Shown here: positions 10,688 through 21,263 of the stretch, one piece after another
Numbering within the stretch: the stretch's first letter is position 1
Layout of the letters: every line of letters begins with the position of its first letter
Origin: Synechococcus sp.
Lineage (GTDB): Bacteria > Cyanobacteriota > Cyanobacteriia > PCC-6307 > Cyanobiaceae
NCBI GenBank assembly: GCA_047285535.1
Contig: JBJBDC010000001.1
Span: forward strand, 2,784,136 to 2,848,135
Direction: 5' to 3'
DNA: 64,000 nt
The notes under the pieces: model-generated
Databases searched by the model: none
Seen by the model: the letters and a program-made list of their open reading frames with translations, nothing else
What the model was told of the DNA's origin: nothing
Program-made: the position numbers and the translations under genes

Positions 10688-12151
10688 TCAGTCCGGCAAT
10701 AGTCTCTGTAGCGGTGTCCACGGCTCGAGAGCGTGGAAAACCTGCTTCCCCCAACTACGTGCTCGGACCCTGCCATCCAAAATGGCGAGTCGACCGCCGC
10801 TTTGTCTTAACGGGGTGATCGCTGGAACAAGCCTCGCGAGCGCTTCGGGGAGAAGCAGGTCACGGAACCAGTCTCCCCCCAGTTGTTTTAGAGATTGCAC
10901 TCGAGCTGCCGTGAGCGGATCTTGAAGGCTGGAGACAGGAAGCAAGGCAATAATGAGCTGATCTGGAGCAGGAAGCTGGTCCTGATGGTGAATCCACCAC
11001 GACCAACTGCAACAGATCACGCCGTTAGCTTCTGGTGTGGTGTGTTCATGTATCACTCTGCTGCCAAATTCACCAGCGAGTTCTGTGGTCAGCTTCTGCT
11101 TTAGCCCAGGCTCATCGAGTAAAACCACGGTGAGACCTGGTCTCCCGAGAATTAAGCGCCGACATTGGTCCAGAAGGTGTTCGGCATAGATCGCCGTATT
11201 TGGCAAAGGCTGTCTTCTGGGTGCGAACAAACGAAGTGGTTCCGATCGAATGCGATCGTGGAGCTGAATTTCTACTACTTTCGCTAAATCCTTGATATCT
11301 GAAATCGGTTCATCAGAACGATTGTTTTGTTCTAGAAGAACACCATCAGTCTGAAGAAGAATTGATGGGGATTGCTCCAATAGACCGCTGATCTGCTGCA
11401 ACGGCTCAAGCGGTTGGAGATGCCAGGTCCATTGCAGGAGGTTTTGATCAAGATGAGCCCAGCTGGCCCATTGGGCATGATTGAGACTGAGAAAGTCAGA
11501 CCAAGGATCAGGAGCAGGTCCAAGAACACCGATCAAATCGTGAAGACTGACCCAAGCGCTGTTTGGCATCGGCAGATCGCAGGTTGATCGACTGGAGGCC
11601 GTAAATAGCTGCTTGCTGAGGCGTTCGTGGAGCTCGAGGAGCGCAGGTCCTGCGGCTGGATATGCCTGCCGTAGTCGATCCCAATCCTTGGTTTCGATGA
11701 CCATTGCCATCGCTTGGCGTAACTGGTCCGCCAGATTTTCCGCTTCTGGAATGATCAACTGTTGCGATTGTTTCAAGCCGCCGCGGCGGTGAACGTTGAT
11801 CAGTTCGTTTGGAGAAAGCAGCCACAGTTGTTGACCGTTGGGAGGAGTGCAGCCGCTCCAACACGCAAGCCTTAGGCCTCCATTCCGTAGACGAGGAAGC
11901 TCGACTTGAAGAAAGCGTTGGCGTTGGCGCTCGTCAAGCACCAGAACACTGTCTTGTGATTGAAGGCAAAGAGGGACGAGCAACCCCAGCCACCACCGAT
12001 CTCGCTCTCCTGAGGAGAGCAGGATTCTGGTCCGATCTTTTCTTCGCAGGCTGCGACCGACCAGACGGCTAAGGGTGAGATGGTGCTCCCATTTCACCTC
12101 CTCGCGGTGGAGCAGATGCTTGAGTTGCTGATGGGCTTGGACTTCCAGCAT
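10688..12151 (-). CDS. DinG-like helicase C-terminal domain protein (degenerate)
   Basis: MLEVQAHQQLK, HHLTLSRLV, C-terminal LAILDGRV..RSWG. Confidence 0.75.
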   Translation of the reverse strand: MLEVQAHQQLKHLLHREEVKWEHHLTLSRLVGRSLRRKDRTRILLSSGERDRWWLGLLVPLCLQSQDSVLVLDERQRQRFLQVELPRLRNGGLRLACWSGCTPPNGQQLWLLSPNELINVHRRGGLKQSQQLIIPEAENLADQLRQAMAMVIETKDWDRLRQAYPAAGPALLELHERLSKQLFTASSRSTCDLPMPNSAWVSLHDLIGVLGPAPDPWSDFLSLNHAQWASWAHLDQNLLQWTWHLQPLEPLQQISGLLEQSPSILLQTDGVLLEQNNRSDEPISDIKDLAKVVEIQLHDRIRSEPLRLFAPRRQPLPNTAIYAEHLLDQCRRLILGRPGLTVVLLDEPGLKQKLTTELAGEFGSRVIHEHTTPEANGVICCSWSWWIHHQDQLPAPDQLIIALLPVSSLQDPLTAARVQSLKQLGGDWFRDLLLPEALARLVPAITPLRQSGGRLAILDGRVRARSWGKQVFHALEPWTPLQRLLPD

Positions 12152-12217
12152 TGGAGAAGCCTAAGCAGGTACTTCAAGCGGTTTGGCCCATGTCGATCGA
12201 TCGATCAACATGGGTGA

Positions 12218-13114
12218 ATGAGCGAAATCGATCCGATGGGTCCGGTGCAGCAGGCGCAGCCTTGGTCTGTCGATCGGGTTGGCATTGTGGGGATGGGACT
12301 GATCGGTGGTTCCATTGCGCTTGACCTCACCAAACAAGGGACCGTGGTGCAAGCCCTTGTCCACCGTGAAGTCACGGCGGAACGAGCACGCAGCAGGGGG
12401 CTCGCACAGTTCGTAAGTACTGATCCGAGGTGTCTTCAGGATTGTGACCTAGTGATCCTTGCTCTCCCCTTGGAGTCGTTACTGGCTCCTGACAAGAACC
12501 TGCTGATGGCCCTACCTGAGCTGGCAGTAGTCACTGATGTGGGTTCTGTGAAGGCGGAGGTTCTGCAGGTTTGGCAAGATCTTCATCCGCGCTTTGTGGG
12601 TAGTCATCCGATGGCAGGAACTGCTGAAGCAGGTGTTGATGCTGGAGTAACGGGTCTTTTTTGCGGTCGTCCCTGGGTGTCTACACCAGTGTCAGAAACC
12701 GATCGTTCTGCTCTAGAGGTAATCCGTCAGCTTGCGCTGCGTCTTGGTAGTCATTGGCTGATTGCTGATGCCGCTCGTCATGATCAGGCAGTAGCGCTGA
12801 TCTCGCATCTCCCCGTCATCGTCAGTGCAGCGCTGCTGCGAGCGGTCGGCGAAGAACGTGATCCTGCTGTGCTGGATCTGGCGAAGAGATTGGCTTCAAG
12901 TGGTTTTGCCGACACCAGCCGAGTGGGAGCTGGTAACCCGGCACTTGGAACAGCAATGGCCTCAAGGAACACCCAAGCCGTGCTTCGGGCTCTTGCGTCT
13001 TATCGCTGGAGTTTGGAGCAGCTTGAAGAGTCGATCCTGCAAGGGCATTGGGACCAGCTCGAACAAGAGCTGGAGCGTACTCACAGGCTCCGACCGCAGT
13101 TTCTATCTGAATAG
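12218..13114 (+). CDS. tyrA: Prephenate/arogenate dehydrogenase
   Basis: GMGLIGGS, TDVGSVK, HPMAG, HDQAVALISHLP. Confidence 0.93.
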   Translation: MSEIDPMGPVQQAQPWSVDRVGIVGMGLIGGSIALDLTKQGTVVQALVHREVTAERARSRGLAQFVSTDPRCLQDCDLVILALPLESLLAPDKNLLMALPELAVVTDVGSVKAEVLQVWQDLHPRFVGSHPMAGTAEAGVDAGVTGLFCGRPWVSTPVSETDRSALEVIRQLALRLGSHWLIADAARHDQAVALISHLPVIVSAALLRAVGEERDPAVLDLAKRLASSGFADTSRVGAGNPALGTAMASRNTQAVLRALASYRWSLEQLEESILQGHWDQLEQELERTHRLRPQFLSE

Positions 13115-13124
13115 TTGAGTGCTC

Positions 13125-14639
13125 TTAGCAGTTCAGCTGAAGGTTCTGGCCTCGATCAGCCATTAACTGCCTGCAAGCCATTAGTGCGGACAGAGTGACT
13201 CCTGCCGTTCCTTCACCAGGATGGATGGAGTCTCCACAGAGCCAGAGTCCTGGCATTGGAGTGCGGCTGGCCAGTCCAAAGGGGCCAAACCGACGGGGCG
13301 CTTGCCCTAAGCCACCGACGATGCCTCTTGGTCGACCGGTCCAGTGCAGAAAGCCACGCGGGGTGGCCAGCTCTTGATGTCGCCAGGAGTGATCAGGCAT
13401 ATTCAAGGCTGCTTCTACTTCCTTGCGGATCTTGTCTTGACAGGTTTGTTTTTTGCGCTGGTAATCGGTTTCGGAGTCAGGGAACCAATCCTTGGGGGAG
13501 GTGAAAACACTGGCGATTACGGTCGCTTGACCTTCCGGGGCCCTTCCATCTCCATCTCGGCTGATGGAGATAAAGACTGAGCCGGGATCGCAAGCAGCCC
13601 GTTGCCAATGGCCTGGGCAGTCCGCAGGAAGATATTTTCTGTCAATCGCGCCATAAAACACCAGTGCGCCACTGGGAGCCTCGAGGTTTGTCAAATGTTG
13701 GCGATAGGTCGCAGGCATGACGCTCTGCTCTGGGATCAGTTCTGGGAGGCATTGCGGTGGAAGTGTGCTGATGACATCGCTTGCTTGAAAGAGTTGGTCT
13801 TTTCGATTTGGACCGTCCACCCGTAGTTGCCAGCCTGAATTTTCAGGGTTGCGTTGCAGTTGACGCACCCGGTGCCGCAGAAGCAAGGTCCCTCCATCGC
13901 GCTTAAACCCAGAGATCAAGCGCTTGCTTAACGCCTGCATCGACCCTTGAAGATGCCATAACCCATGTGGAGCTTGGGTCATTTGCAGGACTGTCGCCCC
14001 ATAAAGAGCTGAGGTTTGATCAGCGGCTTGTTGGGAGTAGAGCCTCAGTTGTAGATCGAGAAATTGGCGCAGGCGTTGATCCCCTGCACAGCCACAGAGT
14101 GTCAGCAGGTCTTTAACTGTGAGAAGACACAGGGGAGCGCTGACCAGATGACTGGGTTTGATGGCCGCAAGGGTTTGTTGTAGATCCCAGCCATTGCGAA
14201 TCGGTAACACTGGGTCGGCGCTGGCAAATTTCCAATTGCTCTCATGGAGAAAGCTGCAGAGTTGCCAGAACCTTTCACTGTGGGGAAATTGTTTCTGTCG
14301 TTCTTGTCGCCAACGGATCGGATCGTTCCAGAGCCGCACGGGCGCTGATCCGTCTGCAAGGTCGACAATGCAACCTGGATCGAGGAGCTCTGCCTCTGGA
14401 AGCGGAAGATTCAGGTGTCGGAAGATTCGGGAGTGGCTGCCGCCGGGTTCGAAGCCTGCAACTTGGGTGGCACCTACATCAAACGTGTAGTCCCCACGAC
14501 GGAAGGTTCCTGCACAGCCCCCCGGCTGGTAATGCGCCTCTAAAAGAGTGACCGAAACACCATCCCGTGCGAGCAGGGCCGCGGCACTGAGTCCGGCGAT
14601 TCCACCGCCGACCACGATTACATCATCCCTCTGTTCCAT
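13125..14639 (-). CDS. crtD: Carotenoid C-3',4' desaturase (CrtD-like FAD oxidoreductase)
   Basis: GGGIAG FAD motif, FDVGATQVAG, CGDSIHPGEGTAGV. Confidence 0.85.
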   Translation of the reverse strand: MEQRDDVIVVGGGIAGLSAAALLARDGVSVTLLEAHYQPGGCAGTFRRGDYTFDVGATQVAGFEPGGSHSRIFRHLNLPLPEAELLDPGCIVDLADGSAPVRLWNDPIRWRQERQKQFPHSERFWQLCSFLHESNWKFASADPVLPIRNGWDLQQTLAAIKPSHLVSAPLCLLTVKDLLTLCGCAGDQRLRQFLDLQLRLYSQQAADQTSALYGATVLQMTQAPHGLWHLQGSMQALSKRLISGFKRDGGTLLLRHRVRQLQRNPENSGWQLRVDGPNRKDQLFQASDVISTLPPQCLPELIPEQSVMPATYRQHLTNLEAPSGALVFYGAIDRKYLPADCPGHWQRAACDPGSVFISISRDGDGRAPEGQATVIASVFTSPKDWFPDSETDYQRKKQTCQDKIRKEVEAALNMPDHSWRHQELATPRGFLHWTGRPRGIVGGLGQAPRRFGPFGLASRTPMPGLWLCGDSIHPGEGTAGVTLSALMACRQLMADRGQNLQLNC

Positions 14640-14645
14640 CCAGTC

Positions 14646-15548
14646 ATGCTGACAGTTGACTCAGGGGGATCGAGCATGAGAACGCAACTTCTGGCGGCGT
14701 TGCAAAACGATTCTGATCTGCTTCAAGACTGTCTTTGTATGCAGCTGGAGCCTGTCTTGAGTGGCTCAATTTGGCGTGCTGATTTGTCGGATGGAAGATC
14801 GCTATTCATCAAGCTGGTTGCTCCAGCAATGGTCCATGTGGAAGCGAGAGGGCTACGCGCTCTCAAGCGTTGGGCTGATCCTGAACATCTGTTAATCCCT
14901 GAGCCGCTTGGCATCGTCCCGCTGGGGGAGTGGGCAGCTCTGATATTGCCTTGGCTCGATTTTGGGACTGGGGATCAATATGCTCTCGGTCAAGGCTTGG
15001 CCAGGCTGCATCGATCGTCCGCTGCCAATGGTGTGGATCAATTTGGTTGGGATGAAGAAGGTTTTATTGGTTTGGGTCCGCAACCAGCTGGATGGTCCAG
15101 TTCTTGGGGTGATGCTTTCGTAACGTTGCGTCTGCTTCCTCAGCTTCAGTTGGCATCAAGCTGGGGATTAGATCTGAATCAACAACACTCATTGCTGACA
15201 GCCATAAGGGTTTGGTTGGATCAACATGAAACTCAGCCCTGTCTTGTCCATGGCGACCTTTGGGGAGGGAATGCTGCTGTGATGGGCGACGGACGGGGTG
15301 TTCTGCTTGACCCTGCCTGTTGGTGGGCTGATCGGGAGGTGGATTTGGCGATGACTCGCTTGTTTGGAGGATTTAGTACCCGTTTTTACGCGGGCTATCA
15401 AGACCAATGGCCGTTAGATCAGAACCAAGAACAAAGGGTTGAGACCTATAACCTCTATCACTTGCTTAATCACGCCAACCTTTTTGGCGGGAGTTATAAA
15501 CAACAAACCCTTATGGCACTCAGTGCCATAAGGGCGATGCTGTTGTGA
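14646..15548 (+). CDS. Fructosamine kinase family protein
   Basis: LVHGDLWGGN, DPA..DREVDLAM, YNLYHLLNH. Confidence 0.9.
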   Translation: MLTVDSGGSSMRTQLLAALQNDSDLLQDCLCMQLEPVLSGSIWRADLSDGRSLFIKLVAPAMVHVEARGLRALKRWADPEHLLIPEPLGIVPLGEWAALILPWLDFGTGDQYALGQGLARLHRSSAANGVDQFGWDEEGFIGLGPQPAGWSSSWGDAFVTLRLLPQLQLASSWGLDLNQQHSLLTAIRVWLDQHETQPCLVHGDLWGGNAAVMGDGRGVLLDPACWWADREVDLAMTRLFGGFSTRFYAGYQDQWPLDQNQEQRVETYNLYHLLNHANLFGGSYKQQTLMALSAIRAMLL

Positions 15549-15572
15549 AAATGAAGTGGTATCGAATCTGGC

Positions 15573-15959
15573 TTAGCCGAGGTATTCAGTGCGAAGGCTC
15601 TGAACGCGGTTAACTAAGGCAGTACGTTTTTCACTTGTGGTGAGATTGTTCCAGCTCCATTGACCAACCACCACTACGCCTAGTAGCTCAAGCAGTCCAG
15701 GAATCACAGGAAGCAGATTGATGGTGTCGAGAATGCCCTTGATGAGAATTTGGGCGACGATGACAGCTGCAAAAATTCCCACGACTTTGCCCATCCGACC
15801 GGCTTGGCTCCAGTCAACTTTGTCTAAGGTTTCATTCACCTTTCCAAGAATTTCGCTGTATCGCGCAGAAAAGTTTGCGGTCTCTGCGTTAGGAGAAGAT
15901 TCGGTGGTGGTGTCGGTCCAAGTTGACTCACTCGCTGGTTTGGTGGCTTCCTCGATCAT
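15573..15959 (-). CDS. CAAD/CurT-like thylakoid membrane protein
   Basis: C-terminal INLLPVIPGLLELLG...W hairpin TM domain; start at ATG 15959. Confidence 0.8.
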   Translation of the reverse strand: MIEEATKPASESTWTDTTTESSPNAETANFSARYSEILGKVNETLDKVDWSQAGRMGKVVGIFAAVIVAQILIKGILDTINLLPVIPGLLELLGVVVVGQWSWNNLTTSEKRTALVNRVQSLRTEYLG

Positions 15960-15982
15960 GGAACTAAGGCCTAGGGTTAAAT

Positions 15983-16513
15983 TTGACTGAGCGTATCGGT
16001 CTTCTTTCGCAAACGCCATCCCAGCTGAGCTTTGATGCGGAATGTCTGATGGTTCTACGTCACGATCTTGTGGCGCCAGCACCCGCTGAAGGCTGTGCTC
16101 TGTTGATTGGAGATACGCATGGCTTTGATGATTCAGGCTTTCTGGATTGGCATGTGCAACTGATCTGGCCTTGTTGCAATCTGCTGAGTAATCAACAACA
16201 AGATCGTTTTGCACTCGATCCACGTGAACAGATTGCCGCTCAACGCTGGGCGCGATCTCGGTCCTTGAGGGTGCTTGGTAGCGCCCATTCCCATCCCGGT
16301 GTTTCGGCTCTCCCCAGTCGGAGAGATCGCCTCTGGGCTGCCACTTCTGGGCTGATGGTGATCCTTGGAGGCCACCATGCATTGGCTGCTTGGTGGCTGG
16401 ATGTCGAGGCTCCTCATCGCTCCCTCGCCAAAGTTCGATCTCTTCCGATTCGGATCATGGGGGAGACTCAGGTGGAACCCATCCCTGAAGAGCCTGGAAT
16501 CCACCATGTCTAA
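15983..16513 (+). CDS. JAB/Mov34 (M67) metallopeptidase
   Basis: EGCALL, HSHP...PS..D JAMM motif; start uncertain. Confidence 0.85.
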   Translation: MTERIGLLSQTPSQLSFDAECLMVLRHDLVAPAPAEGCALLIGDTHGFDDSGFLDWHVQLIWPCCNLLSNQQQDRFALDPREQIAAQRWARSRSLRVLGSAHSHPGVSALPSRRDRLWAATSGLMVILGGHHALAAWWLDVEAPHRSLAKVRSLPIRIMGETQVEPIPEEPGIHHV

Positions 16514-17669
16514 AGAGGGGGGAGTCTCTCAGCTCAGCTCAGAGGAAAAGAGCAGATATGCCCGTCACCTCACGCTTCCAGAGGTGGGAGTTGAAGGTCA
16601 GCAGCGATTAAAAAAGGCATCCGTCTTATGCATCGGCGCTGGTGGACTCGGGTCTCCATTGCTGCTCTATTTAGCAGCTGCAGGAGTCGGCCGAATTGGC
16701 ATTGTTGATGATGACGCAGTTGAACCTTCTAACCTGCAACGGCAAGTCATCCATGGCACTGGAACCGTTGGACTGGCCAAAACTTCATCGGCACGCTCTC
16801 GGATTGAAGACCTCAACCCTTTTTGCCAAGTGGAAGACTATTGCTTTCGTCTTTCTGCAGACAATGCGCTTGATGTGATTGGCGCTTACGACCTTGTTGT
16901 TGACGGAACAGATAATTTCGCAAGCCGATATCTGATTAACGACTCTTGCGTATTGATGAAACGACCGTTCGTCTACGGATCAGTCCAGCGATTTGAAGGC
17001 CAGGTGAGTGTGTTCAATCTTGGGATTGACTCACCCGATTATCGAGACCTGGTGCCGGAGCCTCCGCCTCAAGACCTTGTTCCTTCATGTGCTGATGGCG
17101 GAGTGATGGGCGTGATGCCTGGATTGATTGGACTCATTCAGGCTGCTGAGGTGATCAAACTCATTACCGGCATCGGAAATCCTCTCGATGGACGTTTGCT
17201 CCTTGTGGATGGGTTGTCAATGCGTTTTCGAGAGTTAACCCTAAAAAGAAGGCCTAGTCGTGCCCCGATCGAAAAACTGGTTGACTATCAAATGTCCTGT
17301 ATGGCCGAAGGTTCGGTCTTAAGAGAGGAGTCAAAGCTGGTGAACACCATTTCTGTCGTTGAGCTCAAAGCCTTGTTGGATCAGGGCAGCGATTTGGCTC
17401 TTATTGATGTTCGTAATCCTGAGGAAGCGGAGGTGGCTGTGATTGCTGGTTCCGAGTTGATACCACTGGCCAGCATTGAAAACGAGGAGGCGATGGCTCG
17501 AATCCATGCGCTTGCAGCGCATCGAACCCTTTACTTGCACTGCAAGCTCGGTGGACGGTCGGCGAAGGCCGTTGCTCTCTTGGAGGCCCATGGGATTTCT
17601 GCCATCAATGTGGAGGGCGGTATCGATGCCTGGTCACGGCAGATTGATCCTTCCATTCCTCGCTATTGA
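16506..17669 (+). CDS. moeB: MoeB/ThiF adenylyltransferase with C-terminal rhodanese domain
   Basis: RYARHL, GAGGLGS, SNLQRQ, DGTDNF, rhodanese CKLGGRS. Confidence 0.93.
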   Translation: MSKEGGVSQLSSEEKSRYARHLTLPEVGVEGQQRLKKASVLCIGAGGLGSPLLLYLAAAGVGRIGIVDDDAVEPSNLQRQVIHGTGTVGLAKTSSARSRIEDLNPFCQVEDYCFRLSADNALDVIGAYDLVVDGTDNFASRYLINDSCVLMKRPFVYGSVQRFEGQVSVFNLGIDSPDYRDLVPEPPPQDLVPSCADGGVMGVMPGLIGLIQAAEVIKLITGIGNPLDGRLLLVDGLSMRFRELTLKRRPSRAPIEKLVDYQMSCMAEGSVLREESKLVNTISVVELKALLDQGSDLALIDVRNPEEAEVAVIAGSELIPLASIENEEAMARIHALAAHRTLYLHCKLGGRSAKAVALLEAHGISAINVEGGIDAWSRQIDPSIPRY

Positions 17670-17693
17670 ATTCAAAGATTGCTTGGTTCTGGG

Positions 17694-18887
17694 TTAGTAA
17701 TCAACTCCGCGCTTGAGATCAACGCCCTGTTCCGCGTAGTGCTTGTGACACACCATTTCCGAGTGAACGCTTGCTAAGTCGAAATAAGCCGGTTGGTGTT
17801 TGCATCGTCCTGTAATGATGACTTCGGTTTCTGTTGGCTTACGGAGCAGGGTCTGCACGATTGGCTCTACAGGAAGAAGTTCGAGATCAACGGTGGGATT
17901 CAACTCGTCGAGAATCACCGTTTTGTAGAGCCCGCTTGCAATCGCAGCCCTCGCGATCTCCCAGGCCCGTTCAGCTTCGACATAGTCAATTGGCTGTTGT
18001 TGACCGCGCCAAACAATGGCATCCCGACCTGAACGAAGATGATCAACCAGATGGGGGTAGCTCTCCCGCAACGCCGCGATAGCTGCATCTTCGGTGTAAC
18101 CACTTCCGCCTTTCAGCCACTGCAGGATCAGTACGCGATGGCTTTTGTCTTGGCTAATCCCTCTGCCGATCGCTTGAAGGGCTTTCCCGAGGGCACTGGT
18201 TGATTTTCCTTTCCCTTCACCGGTATAAATCTCGATACCCCCAGCTGTGGCCAAGGACAGGGTTGAGTGGTGTTTCACCTCGGGCCGTCTGTGGGCACGC
18301 ATCTCAGAGTGGAGATCACAGATCTCCACTAACGGCCGAGGAGCGCCACGGCCGGTCACAATGATTTCCATCCCTTCTGGACGGCTGTGCAGCGACCGGA
18401 TCACCTCCTGGATCTCTAGCAGTCCAAGATCGAGAACTGGATTCAGCTCATCGAGAACCACAACTGAATAGAGAGCACTGGCGATGGCTCCTTTGGCAAT
18501 ATCCCAGCCACGTTGTGCCTCTTCGCGGTCGAAACGTTTGACCTCTTCGACACTGAAATAATCTCCTCGTCCTGTTCGCACCTGGTCGATGAGGTGGGGA
18601 AAGCCCTGTTGTAGAGCTTCGATGGCCGCGTCTTCGTCGTAAGCCCTTCCAGGGCCTTTGAGAAAACGAAGCAACAGCACCCTGGTGCGCCTCCGTTCGC
18701 AAATTCCAAGTCCGATGGTGCGAAGGACGACTCCTAAAGCCGCTTGGCTTTTTCCCTTGCCTTCACCGTCATACACATGGAGTTGGCCAAGGCTTCGTTC
18801 GCGACTATCGGCAGCCGTGACAATTCCAACTCCTCTGTTGTTGCGAGAGCGGTTTGTGGGAGTAGTACCGGATGAGACTGCATCCAT
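17694..18887 (-). CDS. cobO: Cob(I)yrinic acid a,c-diamide adenosyltransferase (tandem-duplicated domain)
   Basis: Two GEGKGKS P-loops and two LDELN motifs; GVDY end. Confidence 0.9.
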   Translation of the reverse strand: MDAVSSGTTPTNRSRNNRGVGIVTAADSRERSLGQLHVYDGEGKGKSQAALGVVLRTIGLGICERRRTRVLLLRFLKGPGRAYDEDAAIEALQQGFPHLIDQVRTGRGDYFSVEEVKRFDREEAQRGWDIAKGAIASALYSVVVLDELNPVLDLGLLEIQEVIRSLHSRPEGMEIIVTGRGAPRPLVEICDLHSEMRAHRRPEVKHHSTLSLATAGGIEIYTGEGKGKSTSALGKALQAIGRGISQDKSHRVLILQWLKGGSGYTEDAAIAALRESYPHLVDHLRSGRDAIVWRGQQQPIDYVEAERAWEIARAAIASGLYKTVILDELNPTVDLELLPVEPIVQTLLRKPTETEVIITGRCKHQPAYFDLASVHSEMVCHKHYAEQGVDLKRGVDY

Positions 18888-18957
18888 TGGCGGCAACAAG
18901 GATGAGTCTTCTTACGCTGGGAGCATACAGAGATTTCAAGCACACGCATTACTCAAC

Positions 18958-19788
18958 GTGACGTTCCGCCAGCTAGAACTTTTGTCTGATGAGGATTTGG
19001 ATGTCCTAGATCAGCTGCGTCGTGCGATAGCGGCCTTTAAACACGTTTGTGTGGCCTACTCAGGTGGTGTGGATAGCAGTCTCGTTGCAGCAATTGCGCA
19101 TGAGCAGCTGGGAGAGCAGGCCTTGGCCATTACTGGCGTTTCACCATCACTGGCACCCCATCTCCTTGGGGAAGCGCGTCAGCAGGTGGCCTGGCTGGGA
19201 ATGCGGCATCAGGAGGTGTCCACCCTTGAACTAAAAGATCCGCACTACACCAGTAACCCTCATGATCGTTGTTATGCCTGCAAGCGTGAGCTGCATCGCC
19301 ATCTGGCGGTGATGGCAGAGGCGGCCAATGGTGCGGTTGTGCTCGATGGAGTGAATCGTGATGATCTCGGTGATCACCGCCCTGGGATTGCGGCGGCTCA
19401 AGAAGCCGGTGTGCGCTCCCCTCTTGCAGAACTTGGCATCAGGAAGGCGACCGTTCGCCAAGTCTCTTGGGCGCTCGGCTTTCCTTGGTGGGATAAGCCT
19501 GCGCAACCTTGCCTTGCCTCCCGCTTTCCGTATGGAGAATCAATCAGCAGTGAGCGCCTGAAAAGGGTTGGACAGTCTGAAGCCTGGTTGATTCAACAGG
19601 GATTCCGTGAGGTGCGGGTTCGTAGTCATGGATTGGCCGCTCGTGTGGAGGTTCCTGAAAACCGAATTGCTGATCTATTGCAGCCTGAGCTGCGTGAAGC
19701 GGTAGTTCGGACCCTGCTGAGTCTTGGATTTACGTCAGTGAGTGTTGACCTGGAGGGGCTGGTGAGCGGCAAACTCAATCGTCGCTAA
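18958..19788 (+). CDS. larE: LarE-family ATP-dependent sulfur transferase
   Basis: PP-loop SGGVDS, RCYACK, DHRPG, PCLASRFPYG; start GTG 18958. Confidence 0.88.
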   Translation: MTFRQLELLSDEDLDVLDQLRRAIAAFKHVCVAYSGGVDSSLVAAIAHEQLGEQALAITGVSPSLAPHLLGEARQQVAWLGMRHQEVSTLELKDPHYTSNPHDRCYACKRELHRHLAVMAEAANGAVVLDGVNRDDLGDHRPGIAAAQEAGVRSPLAELGIRKATVRQVSWALGFPWWDKPAQPCLASRFPYGESISSERLKRVGQSEAWLIQQGFREVRVRSHGLAARVEVPENRIADLLQPELREAVVRTLLSLGFTSVSVDLEGLVSGKLNRR

Positions 19789-19868
19789 CAAATCAGAGTC
19801 CTCTTTCGTTACGACTGTGGCGCTGGTTGCTAACTCTGAATAGTTTTTATCCAGATGAATTTTGACTT

Positions 19869-21263
19869 TTGGCACTGCATCAATCCCGTCATCATCTCAA
19901 TGACAGTGAGGAACAGGCGTTGGTTGATGCCTTGGTTTCTCCTCTCCCTAAGCACCAATTTCCTGGAGTAGGTCGCGAAGGCAATTCCACGGTGCAACTT
20001 TTGAAAGAAGAGTTGCTACTCGATGGCAACAGTAAGCAGAATCTGGCCACGTTCTGCCAGACCTATCAAGCTCAAAGTGCCATGGAATTAATGGCACTGG
20101 GCGTTGACAAAAATTTGATTGATAAAGACGAATATCCTCAAACTGCAGAGCTGGAAAACCGTTGTGTTTCCATGATGGCGGATTTGTGGAATGCACCTGG
20201 CGCTGCTGTTGGCTGCTCCACGATTGGAAGTAGTGAGGCGGCCATGCTTGGCGGTATGGCTGCGAAGTGGAGGTGGCGAAAGCGTCGCGAGGCAGCCGGT
20301 CTGCCAACCGATAAGCCCAATATGGTCTGCGGAAGTGTGCAGATCTGTTGGAAGAAGTTTGCGCGTTATTGGGATATTGAAATGCGTGAATTAGAGATGC
20401 TTTCTGGTGAAATGTGCATCAGCCCTGAGAGAGTTGTAGAGGCAGTTGATGAGAACACGATTTTTGTAGTACCAACCCTTGGCGTGACATATCACGGCCT
20501 TTATGAAGACATTGCATCCATCAGTAAGGCCCTTGATGATCTTCAGGCCCGCACTGGCCTCGATGTGCCGATTCACGTGGACGCTGCCAGTGGCGGATTT
20601 CTGGCACCGTTTTGTTCACCAGATCTGCCCCCCTGGGATTTTCGGCTGGAGCGTGTGAAATCGATTAATGCTTCAGGCCATAAATTTGGTCTTGCTCCTC
20701 TTGGAGTGGGTTGGGTTCTATGGCGCAGCCAGGACGATCTACCAGATGAGCTTGTCTTCCATGTGACTTATCTGGGGGGGGACATGCCCACATTCCAGAT
20801 TAATTTTTCAAGGCCTGCAGGTCAGGTGATTGCTCAGTATCACGAATTTGTTCGTTTAGGTCGAGAGGGGTATCGCAAGCTCCATATGGCTAGCCATGCC
20901 AATGCTCAGTATTTCGCAAACAAATTGCGTGAACAAGGTATCTTTAAAATCGTCCATGACGGCAATCCCGACAAAGGCATTCCCACTGTGGTTTGGACCC
21001 TGGATGCTGACTTAGAACACGGATTCAATTTGTATGACTTCGCGGATCGCTTGCGGATGCGTGGATGGCAGGTTCCTGCTTATCCCTTTACTGGAGAACT
21101 TGAATCAACTGCATTCCAAAGAATTCTGGTCAAGCGTGACTTCAGTCGTGAGATGGCAGACCTGCTGCTGGAAGACATGAGTCAGGCTATTACACATTTC
21201 CAAAAGCACCCGATTACGAATAATCTCCTTGCTTCAGAGGTGGCTTCTTATAACCACCTCTAA
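19869..21263 (+). CDS. gadB: Glutamate decarboxylase (PLP-dependent)
   Basis: NLATFCQT, KNLIDKDEYP, HVDAASGG, SGHKFG PLP lysine, INFSRP. Confidence 0.95.
   Translation: MALHQSRHHLNDSEEQALVDALVSPLPKHQFPGVGREGNSTVQLLKEELLLDGNSKQNLATFCQTYQAQSAMELMALGVDKNLIDKDEYPQTAELENRCVSMMADLWNAPGAAVGCSTIGSSEAAMLGGMAAKWRWRKRREAAGLPTDKPNMVCGSVQICWKKFARYWDIEMRELEMLSGEMCISPERVVEAVDENTIFVVPTLGVTYHGLYEDIASISKALDDLQARTGLDVPIHVDAASGGFLAPFCSPDLPPWDFRLERVKSINASGHKFGLAPLGVGWVLWRSQDDLPDELVFHVTYLGGDMPTFQINFSRPAGQVIAQYHEFVRLGREGYRKLHMASHANAQYFANKLREQGIFKIVHDGNPDKGIPTVVWTLDADLEHGFNLYDFADRLRMRGWQVPAYPFTGELESTAFQRILVKRDFSREMADLLLEDMSQAITHFQKHPITNNLLASEVASYNHL

Noticed and set aside
15960..16382. N-terminal extension of the 269-aa CAAD ORF
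   Set aside because: It overlaps the JAB gene in antisense; only the last 128 aa look real.
17694..18887. Internal duplication in cobO
   Set aside because: The two-domain form is usual in cyanobacteria, so not novel.
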